From: Helicobacter cetorum
GTDB taxonomy: Bacteria; Campylobacterota; Campylobacteria; Campylobacterales; UBA6016
Assembly: GCA_022729705.1 (NCBI GenBank)
Contig: DZAX01000003.1
Location: forward strand, 17,214 to 81,213
Reading direction: 5' to 3'
Length of the DNA: 64,000 bases
Every line of letters starts with the position of its first letter. Position 1 is the first letter of the stretch. Below the pieces are notes generated by a model. It did not search any database. It saw nothing but the letters and a program-made list of their open reading frames with translations, and was not told where the DNA came from. Position numbers and translations under genes: made by a program. Positions 46,154 through 53,796 of this stretch are shown here, in pieces.

Positions 46154-47216
46154 TTTTGCGCTCTTTATCGAGCCGCTAAAGTGTCTAAGAAACGACTACG
46201 CCGCAAATGAGTGCATAATCTGCGCGGATGTATGCCCCGAGAAAGCTATAACCGTAAAAAGAAATAAAATAACCTTTGAAGAAAATCTCTGTACTCTCTG
46301 CCACGCTTGTGTCGGCGTTTGCCCCACAGAAGCCGTGGAAAGCGAAAAATTTGAACCAAATATTTTTATCGCAAAAGAGATTAGCATTGAAAATAACGAG
46401 CTAAAACAAAAACTTCTCAGCAATAATCTAAAACTCTCCTGCAAGGAACTTGGCGTCTGCCTAAGCGTATTTGACGAATCACATCTAATTACGCTCGCCC
46501 TTAAAAGCGCGCGTAAAATAAGCGTCGACATTAGTCCGTGCGCCGAATGCGACTTAAACAAAGAGTCCAAACTAAAAAATGCGATAGACCTTTCGCTGGG
46601 AGTCGCAAATAGCTTTTTGGAAGAGTTTGCAAATAAAAATATCGAAATTGTCTCTCAAAAAGCGGCGGATAGAAGAAACTTTTTTAAGACGATACTAAAA
46701 CGCTCCGTTAACGCTATAGAGGAGTATGAAGAAAAACCTCAAAAGCCAAAGACAAAACTGCCGCTAAAAAGAATACTGCTCAAAAACGCCATAAAAGACG
46801 CGCTTGAGGAGACAAACAGATTTGTCCAAAACGACTACCCGTTTAGCGTCTCAAAGACAATTGATAAGAACTGCACAAACTGCAAAGCGTGCGTCGAGTT
46901 TTGCCCGACAAACGCACTTTTTTACTCAAACGACTTCTCAAAAATCTACTTCCAAAGCGGAAAATGCGTCTCTTGTGACATCTGCAACGATATATGCGCC
47001 CCAAAATCATTTACGGACGGCTTTGAGCGCGATATGTCGATGTTTGCTTTTGACAAAGCGAGCGCGGTTATAGAACACAACCTCATAATTTGCCGCTCCT
47101 GTAAGCTAGCCTTTTCATCAAAAGAGGGCGAAGAGATATGCCCGCAATGTGAAGAGTACAACAATGACTTTGCGTATATGTTTGTGACCGCCGAGGAGTT
47201 GGAGAGAGGGGTGTAG
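46146..47216 (+). CDS. Cytoplasmic poly-ferredoxin (NapF-like) with a C-terminal Cys4 ribbon
   Basis: Four clusters of the CxxCxxCxxxCP type (CIICADVCP, CTLCHACVGVCP, CTNCKACVEFCP, CVSCDICNDICAP) plus CRSC...CPQC. GTG start overlapping the chaperone stop. Confidence 0.75.
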   Translation: MSNFALFIEPLKCLRNDYAANECIICADVCPEKAITVKRNKITFEENLCTLCHACVGVCPTEAVESEKFEPNIFIAKEISIENNELKQKLLSNNLKLSCKELGVCLSVFDESHLITLALKSARKISVDISPCAECDLNKESKLKNAIDLSLGVANSFLEEFANKNIEIVSQKAADRRNFFKTILKRSVNAIEEYEEKPQKPKTKLPLKRILLKNAIKDALEETNRFVQNDYPFSVSKTIDKNCTNCKACVEFCPTNALFYSNDFSKIYFQSGKCVSCDICNDICAPKSFTDGFERDMSMFAFDKASAVIEHNLIICRSCKLAFSSKEGEEICPQCEEYNNDFAYMFVTAEELERGV

Positions 47217-47245
47217 CCCCTTTTGTAGTTCAAGGCTTTATTGCA

Positions 47246-47277
47246 GGGAACTTCTAAAAACCTCTTTTAGAACTCCC
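47246..47277. repeat. Short hairpin related to the MITE inverted repeats (GGGAACTTCTAAAAAC / TTTTAGAACTCCC)
   Basis: Lies 30 nt after the ferredoxin stop. The arms resemble GGGCACCTCTAAAAAC of the 29670 and 37375 elements. It may act as a terminator. Confidence 0.5.
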
Positions 47278-47324
47278 AACCCTCCCTTTTCTCGATTTTA
47301 AAAAAATCTTATTTCAATTCTTAT

Positions 47325-47345
47325 TGACTCATCTTTCGCACCTAT
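47325..47345 (-). repeat. Dispersed motif (A)TAGGTGCGAAAGATGAGTCA (copy 3, inverted)
   Basis: The reverse complement matches copies at 475 and 4332 except near the 3' end. The ATG is followed by AGT CAA TAA. Confidence 0.75.
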
Positions 47346-47421
47346 CTAGGAGAATAGGTGACTATAATGTGGTGAAACTGGGCACATATATCATTTTCTA
47401 TTTTATTTGATATAATGAAAT

Positions 47422-47676
47422 ATGGCAAAAATAGATGAACTCAAAGAAATCAAATCAGATTTAAAAGAGATTTTTAAAGCGTTGCTTTATATGATTTTGG
47501 CACTATTAAGTGCTATTGTAACGCTTATATATAATGTATTGACAAATAGTGTTCCTCCACATTTGATTATTTTGGGAGGGATAGGGCTAATCGTAGTTTT
47601 CTTAATAGTATTGTATACATTAAAAATTTGGAATAAAATGCAAGAGATTAACGAGGAGATGAGAGATGCAACTTAA
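47422..47676 (+). CDS. Small two-TM membrane protein
   Basis: 84 aa with a charged N-terminus, then ALLYMILALLSAIVTLIY and LIILGGIGLIVVFLIVLY. Confidence 0.45.
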   Translation: MAKIDELKEIKSDLKEIFKALLYMILALLSAIVTLIYNVLTNSVPPHLIILGGIGLIVVFLIVLYTLKIWNKMQEINEEMRDAT

Positions 47677-47779
47677 TATTATATTGGGATACGGTTTGGC
47701 GGTTGCAACAGCTGTTCTAATTGTTTGGTTTTTCAAAAAACTCACAACTGATAAGCATAGTCATTCGCTCACGCACTGA
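47666..47779 (+). CDS. Very small single-TM peptide (37 aa), overlapping the upstream ORF by 11 nt
   Basis: ATG at 47666: MQLNIILGYGLAVATAVLIVWFFKKLTTDKHSHSLTH. It is below the ORF-track cutoff. Confidence 0.3.
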   Translation: MQLNIILGYGLAVATAVLIVWFFKKLTTDKHSHSLTH

Positions 47780-47860
47780 TAGAAATATTTTTTCGTTCTT
47801 GCTCTCCTGAGGCTGTGAAAGAATCCACCGCGCTTTCCAGTCTCTCCCCCCGCCCCCCCC

Positions 47861-48003
47861 AACGCCATTGACTTAAGAAAATTGTCATTTCTACGAAAGC
47901 GGGAATCTAGGGGGATTGTCACGTCGATATTGGTGTTTCTATGGATTCCCGCCTACGCTGGAATGACGAAATTTGGCGTTGATACGCTTAAGTCAATGGC
48001 GTT
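47861..48003. repeat. Nested palindromic element (17-bp outer inverted repeat, inner GTCATTTC..GCGGGAATC / GATTCCCGC..GGAATGAC pair) flanked by C-tracts
   Basis: AACGCCATTGACTTAAG (47861-77) and CTTAAGTCAATGGCGTT (47987-48003). C6-G-C8 sits immediately left (47846-60) and C7-T8 immediately right (48005-19). Confidence 0.75.
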
Positions 48004-48115
48004 GCCCCCCCTTTTTTTTATTTTCCAACATTTTTGGCTATGCTGTTCAAGCTTATTTTTTGATATTTCGGTTACAATTTTAAAGGTTAAATTTAAAGCT
48101 TTTTTAGGAGAGAGT

Positions 48116-48418
48116 ATGTTTGGTTTGTATGACAAAAAAGCGTATCAATTGCTCAAAAAATACTCTGATAAAAAAGATATGACGGAGTGGAACGAGTATA
48201 GAGAAAAAACCGAAAATCAAAAAATAAACTTAAGATTTGAACATCTTGGACGGTTTTATCTTAAAAACGCCAACTTAAAAAATATAGACTTTAGGTTTGC
48301 TCGGCTAAACGATGTGAATATGCTTGGCGCAGACGTAGAGAATGCAAAAATAGACGCTTTTTTAAACTATCTATTCTTGTTTTTATGTAACCACTCACCT
48401 ACATGCCAAAAAAGTTGA
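48116..48418 (+). pseudogene. Pentapeptide-repeat protein, N-terminal part only (3' end replaced by an inverted-repeat element)
   Basis: The ATG at 48116 follows AGGAGAG. MFGLYDKKAYQLLKKYSDKKDMTEWNEYRE...INLRFEHLGRFYLKNANLKNIDFRFARLNDVNMLGADVENAKI, then unrelated text from ~48386. Confidence 0.55.
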
Positions 48419-48518
48419 TTTTGACCTAGATAAGCGTCAAAAAGCACTCATTTTGAAGTCAAATTTGGCAAAAACTAAGCAAAATAATTAAAAATTAAGA
48501 GGTAGGTGAGTGGTTACA
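48386..48518. mobile_element. 133-bp element bounded by a perfect 17-bp inverted repeat starting TGT (IS-end-like)
   Basis: TGTAACCACTCACCTAC (48386-48402) and GTAGGTGAGTGGTTACA (48502-48518). Confidence 0.6.
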
Positions 48519-48519
48519 A

Positions 48520-48597
48520 AAATTCAAAGAGTACAAACCTAGATTTTTACATATAGATGTAACCTATTTGCCTAAGTTAGATCAAAAGAGCGCCTGA
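48520..48597 (+). pseudogene. 26-codon scrap of an IS481-like transposase
   Basis: KFKEYKPRFLHIDVTYLPKLDQKSA* is paralogous to EFKEYNIGFIHIDIKYLPKIDNAR in the 30841 remnant. Confidence 0.6.
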
Positions 48598-48630
48598 CAC
48601 CCATTTACTATTCAATTGTACCAAAATCCC

Positions 48631-49215
48631 CTACAAACAAACCACCCCCTCACCCCCAAGCAAAGCCTCCACCGTATCGAGCGCATTACCCACCTTACCC
48701 ACCATAAGACTACCTTGAAGCCCATAAAACTCCAAACAAGCCCCGCACGAATATATCTCCACGCCATCATTTTCAAGTTTTTTCAGAGTCTTTGCCACAT
48801 CTGCGCACTCCGCTTTTGCCGTCAAAAACACGCCGCTGTTTACGAAGATGATTTTTTGCGGTTTTTGGGTTGCGCTTAGCATGGCGGTCAAAAATCCTCG
48901 TATTAGCTTTGCGCCTAACTCCTCGTTGTCGCCTATGTGGTCGCTTTTGACAAAGACTACTTTTCGCCCCGTGTTTTGGGCGGGTTTTATCTCGCATTTG
49001 TAGCCTTTTACCGCCGTTATGATGTATTCGCCGTTATCTGTGTTTTTGATGTCCGGTTCCAAGCCGCTTTGGCGCAAAAATCTGCATACGTTTTCTTTTG
49101 AGATTTCGCTATTTAGGAGTATCTCAAATACCCCCTCCTCGCCCAAGGCTTCTACGCCCTCTTTTGTCATGATTACCGGTTTTGGGCATTCCATGTCTCT
49201 TGCGTCTATTTTCAT
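48631..49215 (-). CDS. yedF: YedF-type selenium-metabolism protein (TusA/SirA-like N-domain plus DsrE-like C-domain)
   Basis: Start at MKIDARDMECPKPV (CPxP motif) after an AGGAGAG RBS. The C-terminal half is ...IIFVNSGVFL...VEIYSCGACLEFYG. It is adjacent to selB/selA. Confidence 0.7.
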   Translation of the reverse strand: MKIDARDMECPKPVIMTKEGVEALGEEGVFEILLNSEISKENVCRFLRQSGLEPDIKNTDNGEYIITAVKGYKCEIKPAQNTGRKVVFVKSDHIGDNEELGAKLIRGFLTAMLSATQKPQKIIFVNSGVFLTAKAECADVAKTLKKLENDGVEIYSCGACLEFYGLQGSLMVGKVGNALDTVEALLGGEGVVCL

Positions 49216-49363
49216 CTTTTCTCTCCTTGTACATTGTATTGATGTTATGCGCCAAAACGAACTCGTCCGTTTTGGCGGCAAGGACATAAATGTCCCTGCA
49301 CCCCCTACTAAAGCTACGAAAACTTTCGTTTTCGAGAATTATATGGGTTTTTACGCTCTTTTT

Positions 49364-51211
49364 TTACAAAAGTGCGTAAGATTGGTTAAAAACTCTTTTT
49401 TGCTCTATATTTTCGATGTCATCCCATCTATCTAGGTACTCCAGATAGTTTATCGCGTATTTGCGACTTATGCCAAGAGCCTCTTTGACGCTTGCGACGG
49501 TTGCAAATCCATCTTTTTGTATTAGCGTTCTTATCTCTTGGAGTACGGCTTGAAGCGATTTTGCGCTTATGAAGTGGTTGTGCGCTAGGCGGACGGCTTT
49601 TTGTGAAGAGCAGAGTTTTTTTAGGATTTCGTCGCCAAAAGCTCTGTCTATATCTAGTTTGTCATAGATGTTGTAAGGAGCCTCCGGCATAAAATCACTA
49701 CTCTCAAGAGCCGCCAAGACTATATCTGTAAGCTCTTTGCACAAATCTCTATTTTTGTTTTCAGTCAAGGAGTATAAACCGTTGTTTGAGGTGATGACTC
49801 CCTCGGCTTCTAGCTGTGCAAAAGCGATTTGGGCTAGGTACTCGCTAGCCCATGAGAGCTTTTGTTTTACGGATTTTGGTGCCAGAAGTGCGGCGGGATT
49901 TTTGGCGTATATCTTTTTTAGCTCTAGCGCCAAAGCGTCCAGCGAGTTTTGCGGATATAGTACCTTATCTTTTTCATCTACGATTACGCCATCCATACCG
50001 CTCGCTATTTCAAGAGCCTCGGCATACCCTATCCCAAAACGTTGTTCTGAGCAGATTAGCCCAAATCCTGTTTTGTGTGCGCTCATCAGTGCCGCAAAAG
50101 CTTTTTTCAGCTCCTTTTTCTCCAGCGCCGCCAAAAGAGCCTCTCGCTGACTCTTTTTGAGAGGATCCGCCACCACTCCTATCGCTACGCCTCCGCCCAC
50201 TGTGTGAGATGAGTTTCTTAGCACAAAAGGCTCGCCGTAGACCAAAAACATATTTTTATCAAACTTCAGAGTCGCCGTTATTCGCCCTTCATCTTCGCTT
50301 ATTACAAACACTCTGCAGGCAGCCGCGTCGGCGCCAAAAAAAGCGGTTAGTTCGCTTAGGTGTTTTACGTTTGTCTCCGGCTTTTTGTGGATTACGACAT
50401 CTATGTCTTTAAATCCCCTCATAAACCCTTTTTTGGTGAGGAGCATCCCTTTTTTGATTTCGTTGTGGCTTACGTCTGATAGATTTATCGCCGTTCTCTG
50501 TCCTTGCGTCGCCTTATCCACCGTTTTGTTGTGAGTCTGTATCGAGCGCGCTTTGACGCTTTTTTGGATTTGGGGGATGTACAGGGGCTCTTTTGCGCTT
50601 ATCTCTCCGTCTAGTAGCGTACCTGTGACGACGCACCCCGCACCTGCCACGCTAAACACTCTGTCGATATAGAGTCTTGCCAATCTATTTGTCTGCGCGG
50701 GTTTGCTTTTTAGAGAGAAGAGATAGTTTTTTAGCTCCTCTTTTTGCTCTTTTTTTTTGACACTAAAGGGAAGTATGGAGAGCAAGCTTAGATTTTTGTA
50801 CTCGCCCAAAAACTCTATCGTCTCCGACTTTCTGCGCTCCATCGTCTCCTCATCCGCCAAATCAGATTTGCTCAAAACCGCTATCACACCCAGAGATTTT
50901 ATCGAATCCAAAATCAGCAAATGTTCGCGCGTCTGCTCCTTTGCCCCCTCGTTTACGTCTATCACGATAAGCACATAGTCAAACCCAAAAGCACCGCCAA
51001 TCATCGTCTTTACAAGCTTCTCATGCCCCGGCACATCGATAAAAGAGATTTCATTATCCCCGTCATCCATCGACGAAAAAGATAGCTCTATCGTAATCCC
51101 CCGTCGCTTCTCCTCGGGTGTAGCGTCTCCCTCAAAGCCTGTTAGCTCTTTTATTATCGTCGTTTTGCCGTGGTCTATGTGTCCGGCGGTTCCTATGATT
51201 ACTCTATTCAT
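49364..51211 (-). CDS. selB: Selenocysteine-specific translation elongation factor SelB
   Basis: GTPase motifs GHIDHGKTT, DVPGHEK, SKSD. 615 aa with a long winged-helix-type C-terminal extension. The start overlaps the selA stop. Confidence 0.88.
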   Translation of the reverse strand: MNRVIIGTAGHIDHGKTTIIKELTGFEGDATPEEKRRGITIELSFSSMDDGDNEISFIDVPGHEKLVKTMIGGAFGFDYVLIVIDVNEGAKEQTREHLLILDSIKSLGVIAVLSKSDLADEETMERRKSETIEFLGEYKNLSLLSILPFSVKKKEQKEELKNYLFSLKSKPAQTNRLARLYIDRVFSVAGAGCVVTGTLLDGEISAKEPLYIPQIQKSVKARSIQTHNKTVDKATQGQRTAINLSDVSHNEIKKGMLLTKKGFMRGFKDIDVVIHKKPETNVKHLSELTAFFGADAAACRVFVISEDEGRITATLKFDKNMFLVYGEPFVLRNSSHTVGGGVAIGVVADPLKKSQREALLAALEKKELKKAFAALMSAHKTGFGLICSEQRFGIGYAEALEIASGMDGVIVDEKDKVLYPQNSLDALALELKKIYAKNPAALLAPKSVKQKLSWASEYLAQIAFAQLEAEGVITSNNGLYSLTENKNRDLCKELTDIVLAALESSDFMPEAPYNIYDKLDIDRAFGDEILKKLCSSQKAVRLAHNHFISAKSLQAVLQEIRTLIQKDGFATVASVKEALGISRKYAINYLEYLDRWDDIENIEQKRVFNQSYALL

Positions 51212-52539
51212 AGCGCAAGAGAGTTTAATAGCCTTGTCACGCTCTCTATGTCGTCCTCCATGATAGTGCGAACGTCAAGTAGTACGCTCTCATCTTCCAC
51301 TCTAGCAATTACGCCGCCCTCTCTCAGCGCTTTTATGAGTTTTTGCGGTTTTTCGCGCGAGATGATACGAATCGCCACAGAGCCTATCTTCTCCTCAGGC
51401 AGAGAGCCGCCGCCCACATACGCAGCGACTTTTACTATCTCAAACTTTGATTTATCATCTAGCTTTTCCATCATATCAGACGCTTTTTGTGTTAACTCTT
51501 TATCATCCATGCTTAACATCCCAATAGCCGGAATATTGCGCTTATCGCCAAAGGCGTATTCGAGCATCGTCTGCTCCACAATCGCAAGGGTGAGTTTATC
51601 GCATCGAAGCATTCTAAGAAGCTGATTTTTTTTGAGCTTGTCGATAAGAGCTTTTTTGCCTAGAATTATCCCCGCCTGAGTTGCGCCAAAGAGCTTATCG
51701 GCACTAAAACTCACAATTGAGGGCGAGCTTTTGAGAATCTCATAAATATCCGCCTCTTTGTTGGCAAACTCCATCTTGCTCTTAGTCAAATTCGCACTTC
51801 CAAGGTCATAATAATCAATAAGTCCCTTGTCTTTGGCAAGCCCCGCAATATCCTCAAACGCAACCTCTTCGACAAAGCCGTTTATCGTGAAGTTTGACCT
51901 ATGCACTTTCATCAGTACTCTTGTCTTTTCGCTTATGGCGTTTTCATAATCAGCTAGCCTTGTTTTGTTGGTGGCGCCGACCTCTTTTAGCTTTGCGCCG
52001 CTGTTTGCCATCACCTCGGGAATCCTAAAACCGCCGCCTATCTCTACAAGCTCGCCTCTGGAGACCACGCACTCTTTGTTTTTTGCAAAAGTGTTTAATA
52101 CCAAAAACACAGCCGCCGCATTGTTGTTGACAAGCAGTATATCCTCGCATCCAAACAAGAATTTTGCAAGCTTTGTCAAGTGTCCGTATCTATCGTCTCT
52201 TTTGCCTAGCCTCGCGTTATACTCCAGATTTGAGTAGCCAGACGAACACAAAGAGGCGTATTCAAGCGCTTTTTTTGAGATTGGCGCCCTGCCTAAGTTT
52301 GTGTGAATGACAACCCCTGTCGCATTGATTAGAGGTCTAAAAGTAGGCGTTAAAAGAGCTTCGTATCGCTTGATTATTTCAGACTCTATATCGCTGGCGT
52401 CAAGCGAAGTAGCGCCCTCTCGGATTTCATCTAGCAAGCTTTTTGCAATCTTTTTCACAGACTCCGTATTTAGCCCCTCAAACCTCTTTGATTCTAGTAG
52501 TTTGCCTATCTGCGGCAATTTTTTTAGCTCTTCACTCAT
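51208..52539 (-). CDS. selA: L-seryl-tRNA(Sec) selenium transferase SelA
   Basis: 443 aa. The PLP-lysine region VSFSADKLFGATQAGIILGKK parallels the SelA FSGDKLLGGPQAG motif. Confidence 0.88.
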   Translation of the reverse strand: MSEELKKLPQIGKLLESKRFEGLNTESVKKIAKSLLDEIREGATSLDASDIESEIIKRYEALLTPTFRPLINATGVVIHTNLGRAPISKKALEYASLCSSGYSNLEYNARLGKRDDRYGHLTKLAKFLFGCEDILLVNNNAAAVFLVLNTFAKNKECVVSRGELVEIGGGFRIPEVMANSGAKLKEVGATNKTRLADYENAISEKTRVLMKVHRSNFTINGFVEEVAFEDIAGLAKDKGLIDYYDLGSANLTKSKMEFANKEADIYEILKSSPSIVSFSADKLFGATQAGIILGKKALIDKLKKNQLLRMLRCDKLTLAIVEQTMLEYAFGDKRNIPAIGMLSMDDKELTQKASDMMEKLDDKSKFEIVKVAAYVGGGSLPEEKIGSVAIRIISREKPQKLIKALREGGVIARVEDESVLLDVRTIMEDDIESVTRLLNSLAL

Positions 52540-52584
52540 TGCTTTAAGTCTCGTCTAGTTAAAATATACTTTACTTTTACCATT

Positions 52585-52645
52585 TGATTGATGCTCACAT
52601 TTTAGGCAAAGCCCAAAATGAGGTCTTCAGCAGACAGCTCTCGCG
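52585..52645 (+). repeat. Dispersed repeat family C, short copy just upstream of tRNA-Sec
   Basis: GATTGATGCTCACATTTTAGGCAAAGCCCAAAATGAGGTCTTCAGCAGACAGCTCTCGC aligns with the reverse complement of 18138..18304. Confidence 0.65.
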
Positions 52646-52660
52646 GCTTGCCGCTCTTTT

Positions 52661-52759
52661 GGAAGATATGCTCCTCTGGTGGGGACCGCGGGCTTCAAAC
52701 CCGTTGAACGGCTCGGTGCCGACGCTGTTGGTAGGTTCGATTCCTACATCTTCTCGCCA
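52661..52759 (+). tRNA. selC: tRNA-Sec (anticodon TCA), selC
   Basis: GGAAGAT...ATCTTCTCGCCA. The anticodon loop CTTCAAA has TCA at 52695-52697 on a GC stem (GCGGG/CCCGT). There is a long extra arm (CGGCTCGGTGCCG...) and a T-arm GTAGG-TTCGATT-CCTAC. The overall layout parallels E. coli selC. Ends are +/-2 nt. Confidence 0.85.
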
Positions 52760-52761
52760 AT

Positions 52762-53796
52762 TCACCTGATAATCAAATCCCTCTCACCCTTTTGTTTGCA
52801 AACCCCGATAACCACGCTTTTGGCATACCCCGCATCTACCAGCTCTTTTATCGCCTCATTTGCGTGTCTCTCATTGACGGCAAAGACTAGTCCGCCTGAT
52901 GTTTGAGCGTCAAAAAGTATCATTTTTAGCTCTTCGTCGATGTCGCCCATCTCTATTTTGGGAGCCAAAAAGTTTCTGTTTTTGTAGCTTCCGCCGCATA
53001 TTAGCCCCATTTTGGCGTATTTCATAGAGCCTGAGAGCAGCGGTATGCTAGAGGAAAAAATCTCAATAGAGACGTCGCGACTCATCTCGCTTAGGTGTCC
53101 GAGAAGTCCAAAACCTGTGATGTCCGTGCAAGCGGAAGCGTTGTATTTGAGGGCTATGCGCGAGGCTTTATCGTTTAGCTTTAGCATCGCCTCTATCGCC
53201 TCTTTTTGCTCTGAATCATCACACATATCCGCCTTCATAGCCGTAGACAACACCCCTATCCCAAAAGGCTTGACGGCGATTAGTACGTCGCCCTCTGTCG
53301 CTGTGGAGTTTTTGAGGATTTTCGCCGGATGCAAAGTCCCCGTTGCACTAAGACCATACTTCATCTCCACATCTTCCACGGTGTGTCCGCCAAGCAGTGA
53401 AGCCCCCGCTTCGTCTATCTTGTTTTTTCCGCCGCTCATAATCTCTCGCAATATCTCAAGCGTCAAATTCACCTTGTCAAAGCAGACGATATTTAGAGCC
53501 GTTATAGGCTTTGCGCCCATCGCATACAAATCACTAAGTGAATTTGCCGCCGCAATCTGCCCAAACATATAAGGGTCGTCTACAATAGGCGTGATAAGGT
53601 CAAGCGTCTGAACTATCGCAAGCTCGTCGCTTAGCCTGTAAACCCCCGCATCATCCGAGGTGTCAAACCCTACAAGCACATTTTTGTCATCACGAGAGGA
53701 AAAAGAGGAAAAGAGTTGTGTTAGATCCGCCGGACCCATCTTTGCCGCTCAGCCCGCCGCTTTTACAAACTGCGTTAATCGTATTTTAGCGTCCAA
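52762..53796 (-). CDS. selD: Selenide, water dikinase SelD, with an in-frame UGA (selenocysteine) at 53749..53751
   Basis: The ORF track starts at MGPADL (53739). Reading upstream through the TGA gives (TTG)DAKIRLTQFVKAAG-U-AAKMGPADL, the conserved SelD N-terminus where Cys/Sec sits. AAGGG lies 7 nt before the TTG at 53794-96. Confidence 0.8.

Noticed and set aside
47882-48115. N-terminal extension of ORF 47882..48418 (MSFLRKRESRG...WIPAYAGMTK...).
   Set aside because: This text is the translation of the nested palindromic repeat. The credible start is the ATG at 48116, which has an AGGAG-type RBS.
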